Of a DNA stretch of 64,000 nucleotides, positions 9,157 through 18,700 are shown piece by piece. The notes beneath the pieces are model-generated. The model worked only from the letters and a program-made list of their open reading frames with translations, ran no database searches and was not told the DNA's origin. Where the stretch lies: NCBI GenBank assembly GCA_963577905.1, contig CAUYZR010000001.1, positions 66 to 64,065 of the forward strand, read 5' to 3'. This stretch comes from Candidatus Thalassarchaeaceae archaeon (GTDB lineage: Archaea > Thermoplasmatota > Poseidoniia > MGIII > CG-Epi1). The stretch's first letter is position 1; each line of letters begins with the position of its first letter. The position numbers and the translations under genes are program-made.

Positions 9157-10530
9157 TTAAACATTAAAGGAGGCGTTTTCTACAGCTTCCTCTCCAAGTT
9201 GTCTAAGGAATGTAAATGTGTATATTCCTGAATTAGCTCCAGGGCTTGGATCATCGAAGGCAAATTTCACACCATATCTTCCAACCGGTACCGATTCTAA
9301 AATTTTCACATTTGGCGGAATCTCTTCTTCTTTAATTAATTGCACGCCGGTAATTTCATCGACACAATGGGCACAAGGGCACTTGAATCGTACATTAAAA
9401 GCTGAAATGATATGTTCAACATTATCTTGCCATTTGATAACTAAAGTTTTACCATCGTTTGCTAAATTTATTTCTTGTGGTGAAAATGGAGATAATTCTT
9501 CATTTGTAACAATCATCATTGCTTCAACTGCGATCAAAGAGGCAATAGATTTGATATTTTCATCTTCGACAAATTTTCCAGTATCCATAGCTTCTCGAAG
9601 TTCTTGCCTTAGTGAAATTTGACCTAATAAAGGCAAATCAAACTCTTCTGCGGCCGATGTTCCTCCTCCTTCTCCAAAGATATGGTAGACTTCATCTGAT
9701 CCCGGAGGTGTGAAACCAGTCATGTTTTCAACAATTCCTAATATTGGTATTTTGACTTGTTGGAACATACGCAATCCTTTTTCAGCAATAGTATGTGCAA
9801 TTTCTTGTGGAGTTGTTACAATAACAGCTCCAGTTAATGGAACTGATTGTGAAAGAGTGAGCTGAATATCTCCAGTACCTGGAGGCATATCAACAAACAA
9901 GTAATCTAAGTCTCCCCAATCTACAGCTCCTAAAAATTGTTGAACTAATTGTGATGCAATAGGTCCTCTCCACACAACGGGAGTATCTTTGTTTGCTAGG
10001 AAACCCATAGACATTATTTTCATTCCATGTGCTTCGACAGGTTCTAGAACTCCTTGCTGTGAACCTCCCATTTGGTGATCGCCAAGACCAACCATGTTAG
10101 GAATACTTGGTCCATAAACATCAATATCTAAAATACCAACTTTTGCACCAGCTTTAGCAAATGCTTCAGCTATACATACAGTAACTGTAGATTTTCCAAC
10201 TCCACCTTTTCCAGATGCAATTGCAATAATATTTTTTACGTTTTTTAGAGAATTAGGTGTACTTGGTGCATTCAACGAGGGTAATCTCTGGACTTCCCAG
10301 TCCTTCTTTATCTCAATCTCCCCAATATCCTTGACATCTTTTAGAGCTTCTCTACACTTTTGAGCAATAATTTCATGGCCTGGCATTAGAGGTGCAGGTA
10401 ATCTTAGAGAGAATCTTAAGGTATCTTTTCCAATAGTCATTCCCTTGACATATCCTAGTGAAATAATATCTTTTTTGAAATAAGAATCAGTTACCGTGGC
10501 TAATGCATCAGTTATTTCTTTTGCATCCAT
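9157..10530 (-). CDS. Mrp/NBP35/ApbC-family Fe-S cluster carrier ATPase with an N-terminal DUF59-like and a C-terminal Cys-containing domain
   Basis: Deviant Walker A IAIASGKGGVGKST. 457 aa, longer than minimal Mrp. C-terminal CPCAHC motif. Confidence 0.8.
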   Translation of the reverse strand: MDAKEITDALATVTDSYFKKDIISLGYVKGMTIGKDTLRFSLRLPAPLMPGHEIIAQKCREALKDVKDIGEIEIKKDWEVQRLPSLNAPSTPNSLKNVKNIIAIASGKGGVGKSTVTVCIAEAFAKAGAKVGILDIDVYGPSIPNMVGLGDHQMGGSQQGVLEPVEAHGMKIMSMGFLANKDTPVVWRGPIASQLVQQFLGAVDWGDLDYLFVDMPPGTGDIQLTLSQSVPLTGAVIVTTPQEIAHTIAEKGLRMFQQVKIPILGIVENMTGFTPPGSDEVYHIFGEGGGTSAAEEFDLPLLGQISLRQELREAMDTGKFVEDENIKSIASLIAVEAMMIVTNEELSPFSPQEINLANDGKTLVIKWQDNVEHIISAFNVRFKCPCAHCVDEITGVQLIKEEEIPPNVKILESVPVGRYGVKFAFDDPSPGANSGIYTFTFLRQLGEEAVENASFNV

Positions 10531-10578
10531 GTTTCAATATTCATTTGGTACGTCTATATGGAAGTTATCTTGAAAAAA

Positions 10579-10698
<120 letters not shown>

Positions 10699-10718
10699 CA
10701 GCTCTCGATTTAGAGCCT

Positions 10719-10727
10719 GTATATATT
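10719..10727 (-). promoter_or_regulatory. TATA-box-like element (atatatac on minus) about 25 nt upstream of the 5S rRNA 5' end
   Basis: AT-rich tatatat sits at the position expected for an archaeal TATA box relative to the mature 5S end. A T-tract (10571-10580) follows the 3' end. Confidence 0.4.
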
Positions 10728-10734
10728 GTTTAGT

Positions 10735-12597
10735 TTAGCCTTCATCATCACCAGATTGATCAGAATCGTATCTTACACCATCAGTCCACATTGTTTGATG
10801 CCAGTATGAACCGGTGAAATCGGCATCAGTTACTGTAGCACCTGAAAAGTGTGCGAACTTAAGGTCAGTATAACGGAGGTCTGCGTCAGTCAGGTTAGAC
10901 CAATAGAGGGCTGCGTCAGTCAGGTCAGCATAAGTGAGGTATGCACCAGTCAGGTCAGCATAATAGAGGATTGCACCAGTCATGTCAGCATAACTGAGGT
11001 CTGCATTGGTCAGGTCAGCATAAGTGAGGTCTGCACCAGTCAGGTCAGCCTCAGAGAGGTCTGCACCAGTCAAGTCAGCCCCATAGAGGTCTGCATTGGT
11101 CAGATCTGCATCAGTCAGGTCAGCTCCATAGAGGTCTGCATTGGTCAGATCTGCATTAGTCAGGTCAGCCCATCTCAGGTCTGCATTGGTCAGGTTGGCA
11201 TATCTCATGTCGGCATTGTACAGGTTGGCAAATCCTAGGTAGGCATTGGTCAGGTCAGCATCATAGAAGGATGCGTGAGTCAGGACAGAAGCAGTGAGCA
11301 TTGCGTCAGTCAGGTTAGCACTGTGGAAATTTGCGTTAGTCATGTCACAAAGATAGAAAAGGGCACTTACTCCGGTATCTGGAACCGTGGTCATGTCAAC
11401 CTGATAGAGGATTATACCTCTCATGTCAGCCCTGTGAAAGATTGCACCCGTTAAATCAGCATAACTGGCGTCTGCACCAGATAGAACAGCATTATGGAAG
11501 GATGCGTTAGTCAGGTCAGCATTAGAGAGGTCTGCATCGGTCAGGTCAGTTGCATGGAGGTAGGCATTGGTCAGGTCAGCATTAATGAGGTATGCACCAG
11601 TCAGGTCAGCCCCATAGACGTTAGCGTCAGTCAGGTTAGCCTGAAAGAGGAATGCACCAGCCAAATCAGCATAACTGAGGATTGCATTGGTCAGGTCAGC
11701 CTGAAAGAGGCCTGCACCAGTCAAGTCAGCATAACTGAGGTCTGCATTGGTCAGGTCAGCATAACTGAGGTCTGTATCTAGTAAATTGATGCCCGTTAAG
11801 TATAATCCGGACAAGTTCTGGCTACTCAGGTCTGCACCTGCACAATTACCGTAAGGAACTAATTGACAGGAAGTCAGGTTTTCCAATTCATTAATTCGAT
11901 CCTGCATTTCTTCCATATCATAGGACATTTCTTCCATGTCGTAGGACATGTTGCTCATTTCCCATTGCATATCATAAATAGCATCCCAAATGTCATCTAC
12001 CTGTGAATTCAAATCATCAATTTCATAACCTATGTACCAAATAGTATTATTCAATTCATTTATAGAATAATAAATCTCATTTATGTCGTCATAGATTTCA
12101 TCGTTAGTGCTGTGCATTTCATCATACAGTTCGTCCGTTGTGTTCCACATGTTATTTTGTATGTATTCCAAATCACTCCACAACGAATCTATGTCGTTCC
12201 ATGCGTCATCTAGTTCGCTATTGACGTTATCAAAATCACCAGACACGATATTCCAGACTTCATCCCCATTCAGAGTAGTGTCTGTATCTTCAGAACAGAC
12301 CCATTCATCACCAGTGTATCTAGCAATTTCATCTTCTCTGCATCCTAAGGCCTCGAGTGCATCTGGAGAATCAGTCATTCCACTGACTTTAGTCTCCAGT
12401 AAAGCCAGTTTGGCTTCTTCTGCATCTAATCTTGAAGTAAGTAGATTTACGTCATTTTCTAAACCTTCTAGGTCGTTTTCTCCTACAGGTTCAATAGTAT
12501 CTTTCTCTTCTTGTTCTGGCGTATCATCTTCACCAAAACCCAAACATCCGCTGAAAATTAGTAGGAAAGCTAGCCCCAATGTGGCGACTTTGTTCAT
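10735..12597 (-). CDS. Secreted pentapeptide-repeat protein, probable lipoprotein, with an N-terminal coiled-coil/acidic region
   Basis: N-terminus MNKVATLGLAFLLIFSGCLGFG (signal peptide plus lipobox-like SGC). About 340 aa of A(D/N)LxxA(D/N)Lxx pentapeptide repeats. An upstream W/Y-Asp-rich periodic segment. Confidence 0.7.
   Translation of the reverse strand: MNKVATLGLAFLLIFSGCLGFGEDDTPEQEEKDTIEPVGENDLEGLENDVNLLTSRLDAEEAKLALLETKVSGMTDSPDALEALGCREDEIARYTGDEWVCSEDTDTTLNGDEVWNIVSGDFDNVNSELDDAWNDIDSLWSDLEYIQNNMWNTTDELYDEMHSTNDEIYDDINEIYYSINELNNTIWYIGYEIDDLNSQVDDIWDAIYDMQWEMSNMSYDMEEMSYDMEEMQDRINELENLTSCQLVPYGNCAGADLSSQNLSGLYLTGINLLDTDLSYADLTNADLSYADLTGAGLFQADLTNAILSYADLAGAFLFQANLTDANVYGADLTGAYLINADLTNAYLHATDLTDADLSNADLTNASFHNAVLSGADASYADLTGAIFHRADMRGIILYQVDMTTVPDTGVSALFYLCDMTNANFHSANLTDAMLTASVLTHASFYDADLTNAYLGFANLYNADMRYANLTNADLRWADLTNADLTNADLYGADLTDADLTNADLYGADLTGADLSEADLTGADLTYADLTNADLSYADMTGAILYYADLTGAYLTYADLTDAALYWSNLTDADLRYTDLKFAHFSGATVTDADFTGSYWHQTMWTDGVRYDSDQSGDDEG
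10800..11805 (-). repeat. Intragenic degenerate 15/30-bp periodic repeats encoding the pentapeptide-repeat domain
   Basis: Recurrent caggtcagcatan(n)gaggtctgca units. They also generate antisense ORFs rich in VSQVSI. Confidence 0.8.
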
Positions 12598-12645
12598 GTA
12601 TTGGTAAATTTAGGCAATACAAAAAGTATTGCCTGAACAGAAATT

Positions 12646-12721
12646 TGGTGCAGGCGCCGGGATTTGAACCCAGGTTGAGGGGTTGGAAACCCCTAGTCAT
12701 ACCAGGCTAGACCACGCCTGC
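12646..12721 (-). tRNA. tRNA-Gly (anticodon TCC), 3' CCA encoded
   Basis: The reverse complement folds: GCAGGCG acceptor, anticodon stem AGGGG/CCCCT with loop TTTCCAA, T-arm CTGGG-TTCAAAT-CCCGG, then A-CCA. Confidence 0.85.
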
Positions 12722-14836
12722 TTAAATCTGTATTTTGAACTGTGATCCGGGTCCACAGCCCTCTGGGACCTTGACGTTCACTAATTGTCCTGTAGGCGCC
12801 TTAATCTGTATCTGTTGCCCAGCCATCACGCCATCCGGGACGGTCACAGTTAGAATCATTGGAGCTGCTGGTGCGGCAGTAGGTGGAGGAGCCTGAGGTT
12901 GTGGTGGAGGAGCAGTATCTGGAATTGCAGCAGTACTTGGAGGAGCCTGAGGTTGCGGTGGAGCCGCAGCCGGTGGAGGAGGTGCTTGGGGTTGAGGGGG
13001 TGGCGCAGCAACGGGTGGCGGAGCAGTTTGGGGAACTGCAGCAGTACTAGGTGGAGTCTGATTTTCCATACCGGCCCATTCATCACTGAAATCATCCACG
13101 TTCTCCTCAGAACCGCCAAATGCACCTTTTGATTTTTGTTGTAAACCGAATACTGCTGCACTTCCCAATCCGATTATCAGGACTATGGAAACTAACCAGA
13201 TGGGATCAACAGGAAAATCACTTTCCTCAGATAGTTGGTCGGTTTCAGGTCCTGAGGCAGTTGCGATAGTCTCAACCCTGAAGGTTAGTGTCGTTTCGTC
13301 AAAGACCGAAGGATCACCTCCTGATTCAGCTCTTATTGTCAGAGTAGCCTGATCACCGGCAGCACTGTCCGGGGCGGTCACACTTATGTAAAGAGGTTCT
13401 TCTCCAGAGGCTACAATGGTAATCGGATCCGGGACAATCAGTGTCCAGTCTGCTCCTTGCCCAGGTAAGAATATAGCAGTTAATGTAACTAGATCATTTA
13501 CCTTGGCAAGGTTTTTCAGCGTGATAATCCTTTTCAGTTTATTATCTTCATCGCGTTCATCTGTATAAGAGGAAAGACTAAAGGCCTGCCCTGCAGGCAA
13601 GTCTATCTGGTCACTTCCAGGAACGATTAGCTGTACGTTGTATTCGCCTTCAACTCGAACTTCGATCTCCAGTTCTATAATACCTACATTGTCACTGTCA
13701 TCAGTAACCTTGGCCTGTACAATGATGGTCACTACCTCTCCTGCATCAGCACTGGAAGAGATTGTTACCTTAGCACTGGATGAGCTGGAAGTTGTAAGTT
13801 CTTCAAAAGCGTCCAGAGTTCCAGTTCCATCTGTGAATGACCAGCCTTGATCAGGTGGATTACCAGGGGTTCCACGATACCAATCTTTCTTGACAATTTC
13901 GTAATTGACGCTCTCAGACCATTTGTTCAGTATTCTAAAGTTGAATGTAATAGTCAATCCAGGCTCTCCAGATCCACTTTGTGAGACTGCGTCCAACCCG
14001 AGCCCGTAGTAGACTCTGACGTAAGTGTTCAGATCCAATGTGTCGGTGGCATCATTTGAATTTTCTGAAGTTGCAGTAATGGTCAATTCATCACTTTCGC
14101 CATAATTTACACTGCTCACCGAGCTAACAGTCAAAGTAACTATCTGATTTGAGAATGGATCTATTGTAACCGAGTTTTCACTAAAACTGGAATCCCAGTC
14201 ATTCGAAGAAATCGCAAGGCTGATTGTATCTTGCCGATTACCATCATTATTGACTTGGACCTGATAAGTTTTTTCCCCACCTACATCTACAGACCCCTCA
14301 CTTGATCCACTTTCGGCAATCACTAGAGAAACTTCAGCTTTCTCGTTCACATTTACAGTAAGCTGGATGGTCTGTTCTGTTGTTTCCGGATCATTCTCAT
14401 CGTTGTCTCTGCACCTGAGGTCTACATTGTACTCCCCATACAATGCATTTTCCGTGGCTCGAATAGTTACAGTTATTCCTTCTACAGTTCCATTATCACC
14501 TACATTGACGGATGCTAAATTCGTGGATTCAGATCCTATTGAGGTTTGCCCATCATGGCTCCACCAAGTCCTCAATCCGCTGCTCTGTAAATCGCCGTCA
14601 TTGGTGATATCTAGCTGGAATTCTTTAGGATCAGTAAAGAGATTCTCTATCTCTACTTTGAGGTCTATAGTGCTATTGGCATCTATATTTCCAGAGCCAT
14701 CACTAGGGTCATCAAACCGGAATTCAAATTCAGGTTCATCAGCCGCAGCTTCACCCAGAAAAAAGCTGATACTAATCAGCAAAGTCACTAAAGTTAGAGT
14801 TCTTACCCCAGTCATATCAGGTTTAGTTCTAGCCAA
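12722..14836 (-). CDS. Large surface protein: signal peptide, extracellular Ig-like/beta-rich region, single TM anchor, Pro/Ala-rich tail and a small C-terminal domain
   Basis: N-terminal signal/TM helix LVTLLISISFFLGEAAA. Ser/Thr/Asp/Asn-rich repetitive body. TM helix WLVSIVLIIGLGSAAVFGL near residue 545. Then PQAPPPPAAAPPQPQAPP repeats. The stop codon abuts the tRNA-Gly 5' end. Confidence 0.5.
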   Translation of the reverse strand: MARTKPDMTGVRTLTLVTLLISISFFLGEAAADEPEFEFRFDDPSDGSGNIDANSTIDLKVEIENLFTDPKEFQLDITNDGDLQSSGLRTWWSHDGQTSIGSESTNLASVNVGDNGTVEGITVTIRATENALYGEYNVDLRCRDNDENDPETTEQTIQLTVNVNEKAEVSLVIAESGSSEGSVDVGGEKTYQVQVNNDGNRQDTISLAISSNDWDSSFSENSVTIDPFSNQIVTLTVSSVSSVNYGESDELTITATSENSNDATDTLDLNTYVRVYYGLGLDAVSQSGSGEPGLTITFNFRILNKWSESVNYEIVKKDWYRGTPGNPPDQGWSFTDGTGTLDAFEELTTSSSSSAKVTISSSADAGEVVTIIVQAKVTDDSDNVGIIELEIEVRVEGEYNVQLIVPGSDQIDLPAGQAFSLSSYTDERDEDNKLKRIITLKNLAKVNDLVTLTAIFLPGQGADWTLIVPDPITIVASGEEPLYISVTAPDSAAGDQATLTIRAESGGDPSVFDETTLTFRVETIATASGPETDQLSEESDFPVDPIWLVSIVLIIGLGSAAVFGLQQKSKGAFGGSEENVDDFSDEWAGMENQTPPSTAAVPQTAPPPVAAPPPQPQAPPPPAAAPPQPQAPPSTAAIPDTAPPPQPQAPPPTAAPAAPMILTVTVPDGVMAGQQIQIKAPTGQLVNVKVPEGCGPGSQFKIQI
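12841..13090 (-). repeat. Pro/Ala-rich coding repeats (about 60-bp period) in the surface-protein tail
   Basis: Repeated ggaggagcctgaggttg(c/t)ggtggag units. They also create spurious antisense ORFs. Confidence 0.7.
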
Positions 14837-14903
14837 CGCACGATATAAATTTTGTGCTGGTAAATGAGTAAAGCCTATACGTGCCTATCTATCTTACAAA
14901 AAC

Positions 14904-15716
14904 GTGGAGATAACCGACAACCATTTTCATTTGGATCCATCTGGTAGAAAGGAATTGGCAGTTAAGGATTTCATTAAGGCTGGAGGAACTCGTTTAGTGT
15001 TGGTCCATAAACCATATGGTTCCTGGAAAAAGATAGATAGTTTTCAAAGCCAAGTTAAAACGACTCTAAAATTGGCAGAGAAGGCCAGAGAAACAGGTGC
15101 CAAGGTAGCAGTGGTTGCAGCACCTCACCCGATCGAATTGCTCAAACTTCTTGAATTCAATTCATCTTCACAAGCCTCGGAGATTTATTTCGAGGCCGTG
15201 GATTATTGTACATCTCTTGTTGATGAGAAAAAAACGGTTGGATTAGGTGAGTTAGGTCGCCCCCACTTCGAAGTCGAACCTACAGTTTGGGATTTGGCAA
15301 ATGAGGTTCTGACTGAGTCTCTATCAAGGGCCAAGGAGGTCGATGCTGCGGTAGTTCTTCACACCGAATCCGCTACCCCTGAAGTTATGGCCGACTTATC
15401 TCGGATTGCTTCCAATGCTAAATTTCCTAAGTCCCGTCTAGTCAAACACTATGGTGGGCCGAGTGCGCTTGAAGACCCACATGGAATCGTGGTTTCTCTT
15501 ATCTCCTCTTCAACCAATATTGAAATTGCGGCCAAATCCGAATTTATGCTGGAAACTGATTATCTGGATGATCCACAGAGACCAGGTGCTGTAATGGGGC
15601 CCAAGACCGTACCTCGTAAAACACACAAGGCTCTCGAGAATAACATTCTATCCAAGGATCAGGTTTACAACATACATACCCGACTACCAGATTCAGTCTA
15701 CCGTGAATTTCTTTAG
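14904..15716 (+). CDS. TatD-family metal-dependent hydrolase/nuclease
   Basis: TatD motifs in order: DNHFHLD, VGLGELGRPHF, VVLHTESA, VKHYGGPS, LETDYLDDP. Confidence 0.6.
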   Translation: MEITDNHFHLDPSGRKELAVKDFIKAGGTRLVLVHKPYGSWKKIDSFQSQVKTTLKLAEKARETGAKVAVVAAPHPIELLKLLEFNSSSQASEIYFEAVDYCTSLVDEKKTVGLGELGRPHFEVEPTVWDLANEVLTESLSRAKEVDAAVVLHTESATPEVMADLSRIASNAKFPKSRLVKHYGGPSALEDPHGIVVSLISSSTNIEIAAKSEFMLETDYLDDPQRPGAVMGPKTVPRKTHKALENNILSKDQVYNIHTRLPDSVYREFL

Positions 15717-18700
15717 ATTTCCACTTTTTCGTCGGACTTAAGTTCCCATTCAAGATTCATTCTCCATTGCCTGCACCATGCCTCTATGACGTGCCTTTCC
15801 TGGTTCCCACCCTTAAATTCAGTAATCACAACATCTTTTCCTCTCTTTGACATCTTGAAGGCACCAGTCATTCGAGTTGAACTGAAAATCACGTTACAGG
15901 CTCCCAATCCAAATTTTTGTTTTGCCTCCTGACTCAGATAATGCGATAGCCGGTCAGCTTGTGTAAGAACAAAACTGCCTTGGAAAAGGTGCCCTTTGAC
16001 TCTTTCCAGATCCTCACTTATGATCCAGTACAAGGTCTCACTTCCTTCCTTCAAAAATCCTTTCACCAGAATTCCTTCTTCTTCCAGTCCTGAAAGTATT
16101 TTTCTTAGTTCAGCCATTGGAATCTCGCCCTTCAGCAGCATTCCAAGGTCCTCCGCAGAGATAATTCCAAAGGATAATATCAGTCTCTTGACAACCTTGA
16201 GTTTGGCCTCATCAGCCTCGTAAATTCGATTGACTGGTAAAGTGCGATAATTTCCTCTTGTAGTTCGTACCAGATTAAGGGACTGGTACAATCGGCTCAG
16301 AGATCGTTTGAACGAGTCCGGATCCATACCACTTCTTCTATAGAGTTCCTCACGTGGCAAGCCTTTGGAATCTATTGCCAGAGCTAAAAGCCTTCTATCC
16401 TCGGGTTCTGAAACTATGTTTCTGGCATCACGGTAGATTATAGCATCTCTTACGGTACAGTAGGTAGAGTAACCAGGAATCATCACACCTTGTACTATTT
16501 CCATTTCGTTACCGTAATCCCGAGGATGGAAGAAACGTCCTTGAATTCTCAAGGAAAGTTCATATTCTGAACGTATACCCCCCATCTTATTGAATGCTTC
16601 CATTGCATTTCTGAATCTCCTTTCAGGGTGTATCCTCTGTTTCCAAAGCAAGTATCCGTATATCTCTCGTTTCTGGTAGGACTGATTAATAACTGGGCCT
16701 TTGACCAACCATTCCCTTATTCTCTGATATCCCTTGCTTTCAAATTTCTTTATTATGGTCGCGTCGAGTTCTTCTATTCGTGTACCGGCAAAGGCTTTGA
16801 CTCTAATAATATTGCTGTGAAAGTTCTCTTGATATGTTGCAAATTCATCCAAAGCGTCTAGAAACTCCTCAATTTCCAAAACCTCATTCAACACTACCTC
16901 TCTGATATCTAGTAACCCTGACATGGCCCAGGCTTCCATATATCCTGCGACCATTCCCCCAGATACGACCGGATGTGTCCAGGCTTCACCATATTGGGCG
17001 TACATTTCTCTTCGGACATGAGTGAGGAGTGGATCTCTCCAGGAAATAACCCTCGTCACCTTTTTTTCCTCAGTCTTTTTTATATTTTCAACTTCCTCAG
17101 TTAGGCAATAGGTGAATAAACGCGTAGCTCCTACGACAACTAGTCTAGAAACTATATTCTCTTCTTGTAGCTGATTCAAAATACTCCTTGTGACATTGAG
17201 TGGCATTCCGCATTCCCTTCTTAACTCGGCAAAAGTAAGAGGGCCAATTCCCCGTAATTGGTCGATGACCAGTTTCTTTTCAGGTTCTTCAGGAGATTCG
17301 TATTCTGTTAGTAATCGGTATCGATTGTGTGTTGTCCAGGGATTACGATTTCGGTTGTAACGGTGAATCATCAGTTTTTCTTCTAAGATCCTTAATGCCC
17401 CATGTACCATTTCGGGTTTCAGTTCCAGTTCCTTAGTTATTTCGCTTTTGGTAACTGGTGGGCTTCTTTTGAGCATATCCACAATCAGGCTTTGTATTTT
17501 TCCCTCAGGTTCCTTTCTGAACAAGGCCTGGTACATCCCAACTTTATTGGCAGGCACGTACCTTAATTTTCCTCCTGAAAACCTCCCCTGTAATATCGCA
17601 TCTGAATCTCTCCACTCCCACCACTCCTCAAGATCAGGATTGTCTAATCTATGAAATGCGGTTCTTGGAGAGGCGACGTCACTATGCTGATCAAAAAGCG
17701 TTTGTAAGCTTGAAAACTTCTTGAATAGTTTATAGTCAATAAACTCTCTTAGAATCCTGTCAGGAACGACATCTATGTCTCCATGCGATTGTGCTTCTAG
17801 ATAGATTACATCTTCAGCCATCAAATATTGGGGTGTACTTTGGCCCAGGACAAAATTCCCACCTTGAATAGTACCCTGTTCTTCTAAATCATAAAGCGAT
17901 TGGCTGATGACTTCCTCTGGTAATCTGAGTTCAAGAGCGATCTCTTCTACAGCTCTCGGTCCAACAAAACCGATATGTTTTGTAATAAGGTAATCCAGTG
18001 CTTTTTCATATGATGCATTCTTCTCAATTTTCCGTTTGATGAATCCATCTACCATTCTGCAAACAAGATAATTTCTTTCTAATTCATCACTAATTTTTTT
18101 TGATTTGATAGCTTTCAGCCCCTTCAATTTATTGTAGACCTTTTCCGCTTCTTTCGATAATTTTTCGTCAGAACCATAGGCGGTCCTGTAGTAGGGAATC
18201 AATTCGGGAGTTACATAGAGAGGTTCTTTTTCTCCAGTCCAGACAGATTCAACAATTTTTTCATCAATCATCTCGTGGCATAATTCTTGCATTTCGGTCG
18301 CGATTATGTCAGACATTCGGTAGATTGATTTCCCTTTGTCATTCAATAGATAGATTCCACCGATCTGGCGAATAGCCTGAATCGCACCTTCTTTCGTACC
18401 GACAATCGGTTTCTTTTCATTGAAGTGACTGTCTATCAATTCTTTTTCAAATCTTGGTTTGTCTCCGTCTCCCTGTTCTAACACCCTCCCTAGGACCTGG
18501 GCATGCAACTCTCTCAGGAGTGCAGAACGGTCTTCCATCAGGACTATGTCGCTAAGACCAGAAAGTATCAAGGAATGGGAAAAGGGAGAAGGCACGGGTG
18601 CATAATTCCGATATTCAATACTTCTTTTTCCACTTTCAATCTCATCCAGTATGAGCTGAGCATTGCTAATGTCAAAAGCATCATATAGAATCTCACGATA

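Noticed and set aside
10849-11781. Plus-strand ORFs (129 aa, 95 aa) with VSQVSI/TEVCIGQV repeats. The periodic DNA superficially resembles a CRISPR-like array.
   Set aside because: These are antisense shadows of the pentapeptide-repeat coding region. The repeats are degenerate, irregular in length (15/30 bp) and lack unique spacers, so this is not a CRISPR array.
12856-13161. Overlapping 101-aa (-) and 77-aa (+) ORFs rich in Leu/His/Arg or Trp/Arg/Ser
   Set aside because: These are alternative-frame or antisense products of the Pro/Ala-rich GC-skewed repeat in the surface-protein gene. They have no start context or motifs.
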